A stretch of DNA of 64,000 nt from positions 1,792,001-1,856,000 of the forward strand of contig OZ242011.1 of assembly GCA_965204755.1 (NCBI GenBank), in the 5' to 3' direction. The position numbers and the translations under genes were made by a program. The stretch's first letter is position 1; each line of letters opens with the position of its first letter. This DNA is from Candidatus Marinacidobacterium sp. (lineage in GTDB: Bacteria; Acidobacteriota; Vicinamibacteria; Marinacidobacterales; Marinacidobacteraceae). Shown one piece after another: positions 24,816-36,989 of the stretch. The notes below the pieces were generated by a model, which saw only the letters and a program-made list of their open reading frames with translations, did no database searches and had not been told where the DNA came from.

Positions 24816-25361
24816 TCAGCCGGCCTTCGCGTTCCCGGCGGAGGTCTTCCCGACGGAGTTCTTCCCGGTCGGCGCGGCGCCCGCCGCGGGACGGCCGGCG
24901 GCCGGGCCCTGCCCGCCGCTCGAACCGCGCGCGGCGCCGCCGTTCCCGCCCGTCTTCCGGCCGGCGTCCTTCCGCGGCCGGCGCTTGTGGCCGTGGCGGA
25001 TCTCGAACCGCGCGCCGTCGGCGTCGCTGTCGGCGGCGAGCACCAGCCGGGCGGCGCGGACCGAGACGCCGGCGATGACGCCTCCCCCCTGGACTTCCAC
25101 GCGTTCGGCGTCGATCTCGCCGACGACCCGCCCCCCGGACTCGACCACCACTTCCCGGGCGGAGATGTTCCCCTCGAACACGCCCTTCGCGCCCACGGAC
25201 ACCAGGTCCGCCGACTCGATCTCCCCGTGGAAGCCCCCGTTCACATTGAACGGGCCCGGGGCGTTCAGGCTGCCGGTGAACTGGGAACCGGCGCCCACGA
25301 ACCCGCTGTGGGCCCCCGACTTCCCGGCGTCCCGTCCGTCGTCTCGCGTGTCTTCGTTCAT
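24816..25361 (-). CDS. Bactofilin (polymer-forming cytoskeletal protein)
   Basis: VGAGSQFTGSL...VNGGFHGEI...VGAKGVFEGNISA...GRVVGEIDA beta-helix repeats; basic low-complexity tail. Confidence 0.85.
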   Translation of the reverse strand: MNEDTRDDGRDAGKSGAHSGFVGAGSQFTGSLNAPGPFNVNGGFHGEIESADLVSVGAKGVFEGNISAREVVVESGGRVVGEIDAERVEVQGGGVIAGVSVRAARLVLAADSDADGARFEIRHGHKRRPRKDAGRKTGGNGGAARGSSGGQGPAAGRPAAGAAPTGKNSVGKTSAGNAKAG

Positions 25362-25396
25362 GGATCTTCCTCCCGGCTTGGGGAATTCTCGGTGGC

Positions 25397-26266
25397 TCAG
25401 GATTCCGAGTCGGCGGACTCGCGCGCCGACGAGGTGAGCAGCAGGAATACTCGCTGCAAGTCGTTTTCGGAGAAGAACCGCACGCGCACTTCGCCGCCCT
25501 TGCCCCGCCGGCGGATCTCCACCGGCAGACCGGCGGACTGCTCCATCCGGTCCCGGGCGTGGCGGGTGTTCGCGTCCAGCCCCTTCGCGGCGGACTCGCG
25601 CGGCTTGCCCTCCCTGGCGCGGAGCGCGGAGCGCACCCGCCGCTCCACCTCCCGCACCGACAGGTCGCGCGAGACCGCCTCCTCCGCCAGCCGCCGCTGT
25701 TCGTCGGCCGGCAGCGGCGCCAGGGCGCGGCCGGCGGCGGCGCGCAGCCGGCCGTTCTCGATCTGCTTGCGCACCTCGGGAGTCAGGCCGAGCAGACGCA
25801 GCGCGTTGGTGACCGCCGCCCGGCTCCGGCCCACTTCCCGGGCGATGGCCTCGTGGGTGAGACCGGCGTCCCCGGCGAGCCGGCGGAACGCGGCCGCCTC
25901 CTCGATCGGGTTCAGGTCCTGCCGCTGCAGGTTCTCCACCAGGGCCAGGAGCGCCAGGTCGCCGTCGGACACCTCGCGGACGACGACCGGGACGGTCTCC
26001 AGCCCGGCCTTGCGGGCGGCCCGCCACCGCCGCTCCCCGGCGACGATCTCCAGCCGACCCTCGCGCCGGCGGACCAGCACCGGCTCGAGCACGCCCTGCG
26101 CGGCGATGGAGGCCGCCAGCCCCTCGATGTCCGCGCTCTCCGGGGCCGCTCGAGGCTGGTTCGGGTTCGGGGAGAGTTCGTCGATCGGCGCCTCCCGGTA
26201 GCCCGAGTCCGGGGCGGCCGCCGGAAGGAAGGCGTCGAGCCCGCGCCCCAGGCCGCGGCGCTTCAT
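25397..26266 (-). CDS. parB: Chromosome partitioning protein ParB
   Basis: KRRGLGRGLDA, PNPNQPR, IVAGERRWRAA, ENLQRQDLNPIEEA, HTH VGRSRAAVTNALRLL. Confidence 0.96.
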   Translation of the reverse strand: MKRRGLGRGLDAFLPAAAPDSGYREAPIDELSPNPNQPRAAPESADIEGLAASIAAQGVLEPVLVRRREGRLEIVAGERRWRAARKAGLETVPVVVREVSDGDLALLALVENLQRQDLNPIEEAAAFRRLAGDAGLTHEAIAREVGRSRAAVTNALRLLGLTPEVRKQIENGRLRAAAGRALAPLPADEQRRLAEEAVSRDLSVREVERRVRSALRAREGKPRESAAKGLDANTRHARDRMEQSAGLPVEIRRRGKGGEVRVRFFSENDLQRVFLLLTSSARESADSES

Positions 26267-27048
26267 CCCGCTCGACGCGCCAGCACTTCGCCGGCCAGCG
26301 CCGAGTACGCCGCCGCGCCCGAAGAGGACGGGGCGTGGCGCCCGACCGGCACGCCGAAGGAGGGCGACTCGGCGAGCCGGACCGACCGGGGCACCTCCGA
26401 GCGGAACACGCGGTCCCCGAGCCGGTTGCGCACTTCCTCGATCACCTGGTTCGTCAGGTTCGTCCGCCGGTCCACCATGGTGAACAGGACTCCGCAGAGT
26501 TCGAGTCGCGGATTCCAACTCCCGGCGATGCGGTCCATGGTGGTGAGCAGCCGCGAGAGCCCCTGCATGGAGAAGAACTCGCACTGCATCGGCACGATCA
26601 CCGCGTCCGCCGCCACCAGCGCGTTCACGGTGAGCAGGCCCAGCGACGGCGGGCAGTCCAGCAGGATGTACTCGACCCGCGGGTCGAATTCCGCATAGTC
26701 CCGGAGGCAGGCGCGCAGCCGGGCGGCGCGCCGGGCCAGGTCGGGCTCGTCGGCGGAGAGTTCGAGGTCGGCGCCGGCCAGGGAAGGATCGGCGGGGCAG
26801 GCGGCCAGGTCCGGGGTGGCGGTCTCGCGGACGATGTTGCGCAGCGGCTCGCCGTCCACGACCGCGTCATAGACGCTGAGATGGTTTTCGTCGAATTTCA
26901 GATCGAGGCTCGTCGTCAGGTTGCCCTGCGGATCGAGGTCCACCACCAGCGAGCGGTGTCCCCGCTCCGCGAGCGACGCCCCGAGATTGACGGTGGTGGT
27001 CGTCTTCCCCACCCCGCCCTTCTGGTTGGCGATCGCCAAGGTCTTCAT
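26263..27048 (-). CDS. parA: Chromosome partitioning ATPase ParA/Soj
   Basis: NQKGGVGKTTT, DLDPQGN, DCPPSLG, PRSVRLAESPSFG. Confidence 0.96.
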   Translation of the reverse strand: MKTLAIANQKGGVGKTTTTVNLGASLAERGHRSLVVDLDPQGNLTTSLDLKFDENHLSVYDAVVDGEPLRNIVRETATPDLAACPADPSLAGADLELSADEPDLARRAARLRACLRDYAEFDPRVEYILLDCPPSLGLLTVNALVAADAVIVPMQCEFFSMQGLSRLLTTMDRIAGSWNPRLELCGVLFTMVDRRTNLTNQVIEEVRNRLGDRVFRSEVPRSVRLAESPSFGVPVGRHAPSSSGAAAYSALAGEVLARRAG

Positions 27049-27115
27049 CCGCCGCCCGGAGAAAGGTTACCGCCGATCCGCCGCGGTCGGCGGCCGCCGT
27101 CGGGCCGCAGGGCGA

Positions 27116-27131
27116 TGTTTCACGCGAAACA
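27116..27131. promoter_or_regulatory. parS centromere site
   Basis: TGTTTCACGCGAAACA, one mismatch to the consensus TGTTTCACGTGAAACA, inside an extended palindrome (CGATG...CATCG), upstream of parA. Confidence 0.9.
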
Positions 27132-27139
27132 TCGGCGGC

Positions 27140-27850
27140 CTACCCACCGGACGGGCCTCTTCGGGTCCGCCCCGACCAGACGATGCCGTGGTCGGTCGCC
27201 CGCTCGGTCTCCTCGAACAGGCCGTCGGGGAGGTCGGAACGCCCGCGCGCCGCCCGGCTCGTCGGCCAGACCACCACCGCGGTCGGCGACAGGCAGCGGG
27301 CGAGGCCGCGCCACTCCGCCTCGTTCAGCCGCACCGCCCGCAGCGTCACCGCGGAGACGGCGCCGAGCACCGACGGCGCTTCGTCCTGCTTCAAGTACTC
27401 CTCGAACCGGCCGCGATGGATTCGGACCCGCGAGGCCAGCCCCATGGTCTCGACCGCTTCCCGCAGGAACTCGCACGGCATCCGGCGCGCCTCCACCAGC
27501 ACCCAGTCCCCGGTCTCCACCGCCGCGGCGAGCGGCAACGCCGGCGTCCCGCCCCCGCTGCCGAGGTCGAGGTAGGGCCCGGCCGCCGGCAGGACGGCCC
27601 TCAAGTCCAACGCCTCCCGGAAGAACCGCTCCGCCAGCGCCTCCGGCGACCGAAACCCCGTGACGCCCAAGTGCGCCCTCGCCCGGAGCAGCCGGAACAA
27701 CCGGTCGAGCCGACCCTGCGCGGCCGGACCGAGCGGTGGATCGAGCCCCTCGAGGGCCGCCGCCAGCGCCTCCGAAACCGACTCGCCCGAAGGGAGCGGC
27801 TCCTCCGCCCCGGCCGCCCGGCCGGTCGGAGACCCGTCCTCCGGGTTCAG
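27140..27850 (-). CDS. rsmG: 16S rRNA m7G527 methyltransferase (start uncertain, probably CTG)
   Basis: LDLGSGGGTPALPLA, LVEARR...FLR, GRFEE, VTLRAV; conserved position upstream of parA. Confidence 0.85.
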   Translation of the reverse strand: MNPEDGSPTGRAAGAEEPLPSGESVSEALAAALEGLDPPLGPAAQGRLDRLFRLLRARAHLGVTGFRSPEALAERFFREALDLRAVLPAAGPYLDLGSGGGTPALPLAAAVETGDWVLVEARRMPCEFLREAVETMGLASRVRIHRGRFEEYLKQDEAPSVLGAVSAVTLRAVRLNEAEWRGLARCLSPTAVVVWPTSRAARGRSDLPDGLFEETERATDHGIVWSGRTRRGPSGG

Positions 27851-29658
27851 CGGGCGGAGGGGCCGCCGGACGAAGCCGCCCGGAGCCGCGCCGGCTTGCC
27901 CGGCTTCCCGGCCCGCTTGTTCTTCTTCTCCGCCTCCGCCGCGGCCTCCTCGCGCCGGTTCAGGATCCGGGTGGTGATCGCCTGCTGCCCCATGGACAAC
28001 AGGTTGTTCGAGAACCAGTAGAGGACCAGCCCGGCCGGCGCCCACGCCAGGATCAGCGTGAAGACCACCGGCATCAGCATCATGATCTTGGCTTGGATGC
28101 CCTCCGCCTGGGTCGCGGACATCTTCTGCATCACCAACTGGCTGACGCCCATCAGGATCGGCAGGATGAAGTAGGGGTCCTCCCGCGAGAGGTCCTGGAC
28201 CCAGCCCAGGAACGGCGCGTGGCGGAGTTCGACGGAGACCACCAGCAGCCGGTAGAAGGCGAAGAAGAACGGGATCATCAACACCATCGGCAGGCAGCCG
28301 CCGATCGGGGAGACCCCGTGCTCCTTGTAGAGCCCGGCCATCTCGGCGTTCATCTCCCGCCGCTTGGGGTCGGTCGGCTTGTAGCCCCGGTACTTCTCCT
28401 GGATGCGCTTGACCTGCGGGCTGATCTTCTGCATCCCCCGGATGGAGACATAGGAGTAGTGCTTCAGCGGCGCGAGCAGGATGGAGATGACGATGGTGAC
28501 CAGGACGATCGCCCAGCCGTAGTTGCCGAGGACGCCGTAGGCCCACAGCAGCGCCCCCCGGAGGGGCACGACCAGGAACCGCAGGTAGGAGCCGAACTCC
28601 ACGATGTCCACGCCGAGGTCCGCCAGCACTTCCACCTGCTTCGGCCCGGCGAAGAGCGACAGCGAGGCCGGCCCGCCGGTGGCGAGCCGCGCGGTGATCA
28701 CCTGCCGGTTCCCCGCCGCGTCCTCCGGCGGCGTCGCGAAGCGGTCCCAGGGGATCTCCGCCGCCTCCAACCGGCCCTGGTAGCGCTGCCCCGGTTCCGC
28801 CACCAGCAGGCCGGCGAAGTAGTGGGAACTCACGCCCACCGCCTGCGCCTGGAGGCTGCTCGCTTCCCCGGCGGCCGCTTCCTGCCAGGAGAACAGTTCG
28901 CTCTGCCCGGCGCTCTTCAACACACCCTGGTCGGCGACGATGTAGGTGCCGGTGGCGGTCTCGTCGCCGATCCCGGGGCCGAAGAGGATCTCCTTCGCCT
29001 GCTCCGCGCCGCCGCGCGTGACGGAGACCGAAACCCCGAGCCGGTACTCCCCGCCGTGGACGCGGATCGTCTTCCGCGCTTCGAGCCCGTCGGCGGCGGC
29101 GTAGAGCAGGGTGATTTCGCGCGACTCCCCGGCCCGGGCCTCCACCGAGACCGGCCCGCTCCTCGACTGCCCGTCCACTTCGACTTCGAAGAGCACCGCG
29201 GTCAGCCGCTCCGGGGCCCTTTCGCCCGGGAGGGTCACATCGAGCGGCCGGACCGCCTGCACCGAGTCGTCCCCCTGCGGCAGCATCCGGTAGGGGTTCC
29301 CCAGGGAGTCGGTGTGCTCCAGCAGTTCGAGCGAGAGGAGCCTCCCGCCCCGATTCGTGATCTCGGCCCGGTAGAGATCGGTGTGGACGGCGATCCGCTG
29401 CTCCCGCTCCGCCTCCCGGACCGGCGCCGCCAGCGGGGAGTCCGGGTCCCCGGCGGCGGGGTCTCCCGCGGAGGGGGACTCGGCCGGAGGGGGAGCGGCG
29501 GCGCCCGGCGTAAACGGGCCGGGCGCCGGCGCGATCGGCGCGGACTCCGAAGCCACCGGGCCCGGCGGCGGGGGCTGCTCTTCCGGCCCGAAGAACCGGA
29601 CGAACAGCAGGAAGACGAGGAACGACAGCAGGAACGCCAGCAGGACCCGCCGTTCCAC
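27847..29658 (-). CDS. yidC: Membrane protein insertase
   Basis: N-terminal TM, periplasmic domain, FAGPK, NYGWAIV, GGCLPM, ELRHAPF.GW..DLS..DPY, LYW..NN. Confidence 0.96.
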   Translation of the reverse strand: MERRVLLAFLLSFLVFLLFVRFFGPEEQPPPPGPVASESAPIAPAPGPFTPGAAAPPPAESPSAGDPAAGDPDSPLAAPVREAEREQRIAVHTDLYRAEITNRGGRLLSLELLEHTDSLGNPYRMLPQGDDSVQAVRPLDVTLPGERAPERLTAVLFEVEVDGQSRSGPVSVEARAGESREITLLYAAADGLEARKTIRVHGGEYRLGVSVSVTRGGAEQAKEILFGPGIGDETATGTYIVADQGVLKSAGQSELFSWQEAAAGEASSLQAQAVGVSSHYFAGLLVAEPGQRYQGRLEAAEIPWDRFATPPEDAAGNRQVITARLATGGPASLSLFAGPKQVEVLADLGVDIVEFGSYLRFLVVPLRGALLWAYGVLGNYGWAIVLVTIVISILLAPLKHYSYVSIRGMQKISPQVKRIQEKYRGYKPTDPKRREMNAEMAGLYKEHGVSPIGGCLPMVLMIPFFFAFYRLLVVSVELRHAPFLGWVQDLSREDPYFILPILMGVSQLVMQKMSATQAEGIQAKIMMLMPVVFTLILAWAPAGLVLYWFSNNLLSMGQQAITTRILNRREEAAAEAEKKNKRAGKPGKPARLRAASSGGPSAR

Positions 29659-29673
29659 GACCGACCTCCCCGA

Positions 29674-29982
29674 CTAGCGCCGCGCCGCGGCGACCGCGGG
29701 CGCCGCCGGATCGCCGACGGTCTCCGGAACCGGGTCGTACCCGGAACCCCCGAACGGCCGGCACCGGGCGAGCCGCCGCGCGCCCAGCCACACCCCCCGT
29801 CCGGGCCCGTGCCGCCGGATCGCCTCCGCCGCGTACCGGGAGCACGAGGGCGTGAACCGGCAGGCGCCGGAGAACAGAAGCGGCCCCAAGGTCACCTGGT
29901 AGATCCGGATGAGGCCGAGGAGCGCCCCGGCGGCGAGCGCCGGCGGCGACAGACGAGTCCTCACGAGTTGGCTCGCCTTCAC
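29674..29982 (-). CDS. yidD: Membrane protein insertion efficiency factor
   Basis: [33 protein letters not shown]; GTGA overlap with rnpA. Confidence 0.93.
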   Translation of the reverse strand: MKASQLVRTRLSPPALAAGALLGLIRIYQVTLGPLLFSGACRFTPSCSRYAAEAIRRHGPGRGVWLGARRLARCRPFGGSGYDPVPETVGDPAAPAVAAARR

Positions 29983-30509
29983 GGACGGCTCGAACTCGGC
30001 CGGCGCGCGGCCCGCGAACCGCCGGCCCGCGAACTGCCGGCCCGCGCAACCGCCCGGCGAACCGCCGCGCGGCAGGAGCGGACTACCTCGGCCCACGGCG
30101 CTTCGGCAAGGCCCCGGCGAGCCACCAGGACCAGGTCGCCGACCGGGCGCTCGGGGCTCCGGCGGTAGATCTCCCGCAGCCGGCGCTTCGCCCGGTTCCG
30201 CGCGACCGCCGACCCCACCCGCCGGCTGGCGACCACGCCGAGCCGCGAGCGGCGCCGGGCCGAGCCGGCGTCGGCCTCTCGCCGGGCGCCTCCCCCGGCA
30301 TCTCCCAAAAACGCCACCACCAGGTCACCGGCGCCGCGGCCGCCCCGGTCCATCACCCTCCGGAACTCCGGGGAGCGGCGAACCCGCTCCGACCTCGAAA
30401 GCCCCTGGGGAAGCCCCTCGGAAGACCTCTCGCTCCGGCGTTCGGCCGGCCGGCCTCCCGGCCCGCCGACCGGCGATGCGGCGGGACTCGACCCGGACGC
30501 CACCGGCAA
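29979..30509 (-). CDS. rnpA: Ribonuclease P protein component (start uncertain)
   Basis: [34 protein letters not shown] (RNR motif). Confidence 0.92.
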   Translation of the reverse strand: MPVASGSSPAASPVGGPGGRPAERRSERSSEGLPQGLSRSERVRRSPEFRRVMDRGGRGAGDLVVAFLGDAGGGARREADAGSARRRSRLGVVASRRVGSAVARNRAKRRLREIYRRSPERPVGDLVLVARRGLAEAPWAEVVRSCRAAVRRAVARAGSSRAGGSRAARRPSSSRP

Positions 30510-30590
30510 GCGCTCGCAGCGAAGGGAAGCGGTTCCGGAACGGAACGGATCGCGGTAGGGAAAGGCGGGACGGAGAGGGGGCGCCCGCGC

Positions 30591-30725
30591 TCAGGCGGAG
30601 AGGCGCCGCCGCCCCCTCCGCCGGCGCCGCGCCAGGATCCGACGCCCGCCCGGAGTGCTCATGCGCGCCCGGAAACCATGCTTCCGCTTCCGCCGCCGAC
30701 GATTGGGCTGAAAGGTTCTCTTCAC
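30591..30725 (-). CDS. rpmH: 50S ribosomal protein L34 (not in ORF track)
   Basis: Manual translation: [44 protein letters not shown]. Confidence 0.97.
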   Translation of the reverse strand: MKRTFQPNRRRRKRKHGFRARMSTPGGRRILARRRRRGRRRLSA

Positions 30726-31290
30726 GGACTTCGCGACTCCAAACCGTTGAAAAAACGGAGATTAGAAAGACAAATCGCCGAAACGACAGCGCTACCGCGC
30801 AGCCGGATAGGGTACTGCCCCCCCTAGTTTCATGTCAAGCCTCCGCAACTCCGCGCCGGAGGCCGAAAGAGCCCTCCTTACCGTTCTTGGACTTCCGACC
30901 CGCCCATTCGCGGGGGGCGTTCGGATAGCGGGAGGGGCCGAAACAGATTCCCCGGACGAGCAGGGAGGGGCCCCGAGCGGGGGTTCGCGGACGGCCCGGA
31001 GACAGGAACGACCGATGGAACTAGGGCAGGGAAAACGACCCTTGACTCGGTATCCGACCCTGCTAGTTTCCGCCGCTCGCTCGCAGCGGGGCGGCCCCGG
31101 ACACCCCCCTTCGAGCCCCTTGGACGGCGGGTTCGAGCCGCCCCGAACTTCGGCGCCGGAACCGGATTTTCGGCGCTTCGAACCCGCCCGAGTCCCGTCT
31201 TCAGCCCCTCCTCGGTCGGCGCCGGACGCCGCCCGGCCTCGGCCGCCAGGCCGACGCCCCGACCGGCGTTCTCCGCTTCCCCACCTTGCC

Positions 31291-32703
31291 TTGACCCTAC
31301 GCCACAAGACTTCCGACCCGGCGGTCCGCGACTGCTGGAACGCGGCGATCTCCCGCATCCGCGAGACCCTCCCCGCCCGCGAATACCGAACCTGGTTCGC
31401 CCCGACCCGGTTCCTCGGCTCGGACGACGGCGCGATCCGCATCCTGGTGCCGAACCGCACCTTCGTGGCCAAGTTGGAGAACGGCTACGGCGCCCTTCTC
31501 CGGGAGACCCTCTCGCAGTGCGGAGCGCCCTCGACCGCGATCCGCTTCCGCATCTCCGGGACGCCGGTCCTCGCCACCTCCGACGCCGCCGGCGCGGAGC
31601 CCCAAGCCCACCCCATCACCCCGGAACACACCGACTCGATCCTCCGGGAGCCCGGCCCCGGCCTGATCGGGAACGGCCGGCTGGCCGAGAACCAGACCTT
31701 CGAGAGTTTCGTCGTCGGGGAGAGCAACCGCTTCGCCTTCGACGCCGCCCGTTCCGTCAGCAACCCCGGCATCGAGTACTCCCCCTACAACCCGCTGGTG
31801 ATCTACGGGCAGACCGGACTCGGCAAGACCCACCTGCTGAACGCGATCCGCCTCCGCGTCCGCGAACACAGCCCGGAACTCCGGGTCCTGGCCCTGAAGG
31901 GCGAGGCCTTCACCCGGCAGGTGGTGAGCGCCGCGCTGAGCAGCCGCCTCTTCGAACTCCGCGAGTGGTACAGCGGAGTGGATGTGTTCCTGGTGGACGA
32001 CATCCAGTTCATCTCCGGCCTCGGCACCTTCGGCCGCAGCACCCAGGAGTTCCTCCACGCGCTGGACGCGCTCGCCGAACGCGGCCGCCAGACCGTGCTC
32101 ACCCTCGACTGCCACCCCGGCGAGATCCCGAACCTCGACGGGCGTCTCCGCAGCCGCATGGAGAGCGGGCTGGCCACCGACCTGCGGCGGCCCGAGCCGG
32201 GCACCCGCCGGACCATCGTCCGCCGGAAGGCGGTCGCCGCCGGCGCCGACCTGCCGGACGAGATCGTCGAGAAGATCGCGTCTTCGGGGACCGGGTCCGT
32301 CTCCGAACTCGAAGGCGTGGTGAAACGCATCGTCGCCACCGCGCGGACCGAGGACGGCGAGTTCTCCACCCCGCTCGTGGAGAACCTGCTCGACGGGCTC
32401 CCCGGCGGCCGGAGGAAGCGCGTCCCGATCGGCGACATCATCGCCGCCACCGCGGCCGAATTCGGCGTCCCGGCGCTCCGGGTCCTGGGCAAGCAGCGCC
32501 AGCGGGACCTGGTCTCCGCCCGGCAGGTGGCGATGTTCCTCGCCCGGGAAGTCACCGAGTACAGCCTGAAGGAGATCGGCGAGGCCTTCCGCCGCCACCA
32601 CTCCACGGTCGCCCACGCGATCACCCGGGTGGAGCACGACCGGAAGCGCAATCCCGGCCTCGGCCGCATCATCGAGCGCCTCGCCCGCCAACTCGCGGGC
32701 TGA
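31291..32703 (+). CDS. dnaA: Chromosomal replication initiator DnaA (divergent; start estimated at TTG 31291)
   Basis: Domain I (W......I...YRTWF), TFESFVVGESN, YNPL.IYG.TGLGKTHL, DDIQF, RLRSR, ARQVAMFL; divergent from rpmH. Confidence 0.95.
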   Translation: MTLRHKTSDPAVRDCWNAAISRIRETLPAREYRTWFAPTRFLGSDDGAIRILVPNRTFVAKLENGYGALLRETLSQCGAPSTAIRFRISGTPVLATSDAAGAEPQAHPITPEHTDSILREPGPGLIGNGRLAENQTFESFVVGESNRFAFDAARSVSNPGIEYSPYNPLVIYGQTGLGKTHLLNAIRLRVREHSPELRVLALKGEAFTRQVVSAALSSRLFELREWYSGVDVFLVDDIQFISGLGTFGRSTQEFLHALDALAERGRQTVLTLDCHPGEIPNLDGRLRSRMESGLATDLRRPEPGTRRTIVRRKAVAAGADLPDEIVEKIASSGTGSVSELEGVVKRIVATARTEDGEFSTPLVENLLDGLPGGRRKRVPIGDIIAATAAEFGVPALRVLGKQRQRDLVSARQVAMFLAREVTEYSLKEIGEAFRRHHSTVAHAITRVEHDRKRNPGLGRIIERLARQLAG

Positions 32704-33241
32704 CCCTCCCCCCGACCCGGCCGGGTTCCCCGGCAGGCGGCAAGCGCCTCCTCCGGTGGCGCTCCGACCCGTCCCTCCGGGCGCTTCGAGCCGCAGGCGC
32801 CGACCGGTTCCGCCGACTCCCCGGCCCCCGCTCTCCGCGCCGCGGTTCGGAGAACCGCCGGAAAACTCCGCCGACCGGCGCGGAAAACTCGCGCGAACCG
32901 GGGCGTTCCGCCGCCGCGGGGAGTCCGCCGCCGGAACCTCCGCGAACCACGCGCCCCCAATCCGAAAGAAACCCAACCGGAGAACCGCCATTGATACCAA
33001 TAGAGTCAACGAGTTACCGGACTCATCCGAAGTATCCGAACGCCAAGAATTCCACTATAATTCCCCCCTGTCGAGAGAGCGGAGATCTCCTTCGACACTT
33101 CCCCCTCCGGTCGGTTTTCTTCGATCGGTCGGCCGCTCGCTGCCGCCCGCCCGAGCCGCGACGGTTCGCCGGGCCGTCCGCTCCTCCCCGCCCCCGTCTT
33201 TCGCTTCGCCCGCCGGAGCAGGAAAGGACCCACCCGCCGCC
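32704..33241. other. Probable replication origin (oriC)
   Basis: 538-bp dnaA-dnaN intergenic region with the locally AT-richest stretch (about 32960-33065), an IHF-like site, tandem repeated 9-mers and a DnaA-trio-like run. No canonical TTATCCACA seen. Confidence 0.7.
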
Positions 33242-36944
<3,703 letters not shown>

Positions 36945-36989
36945 CGCCGGTCGCGGAACCCTGACGAGTCCAGCCCGCTGAGCCGGGAA

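Noticed and set aside
30832-31290. 153-aa N-terminal extension of DnaA
   Set aside because: Low-complexity Pro/Arg translation with no DnaA similarity; the region is more plausibly the divergent rpmH/dnaA promoter.
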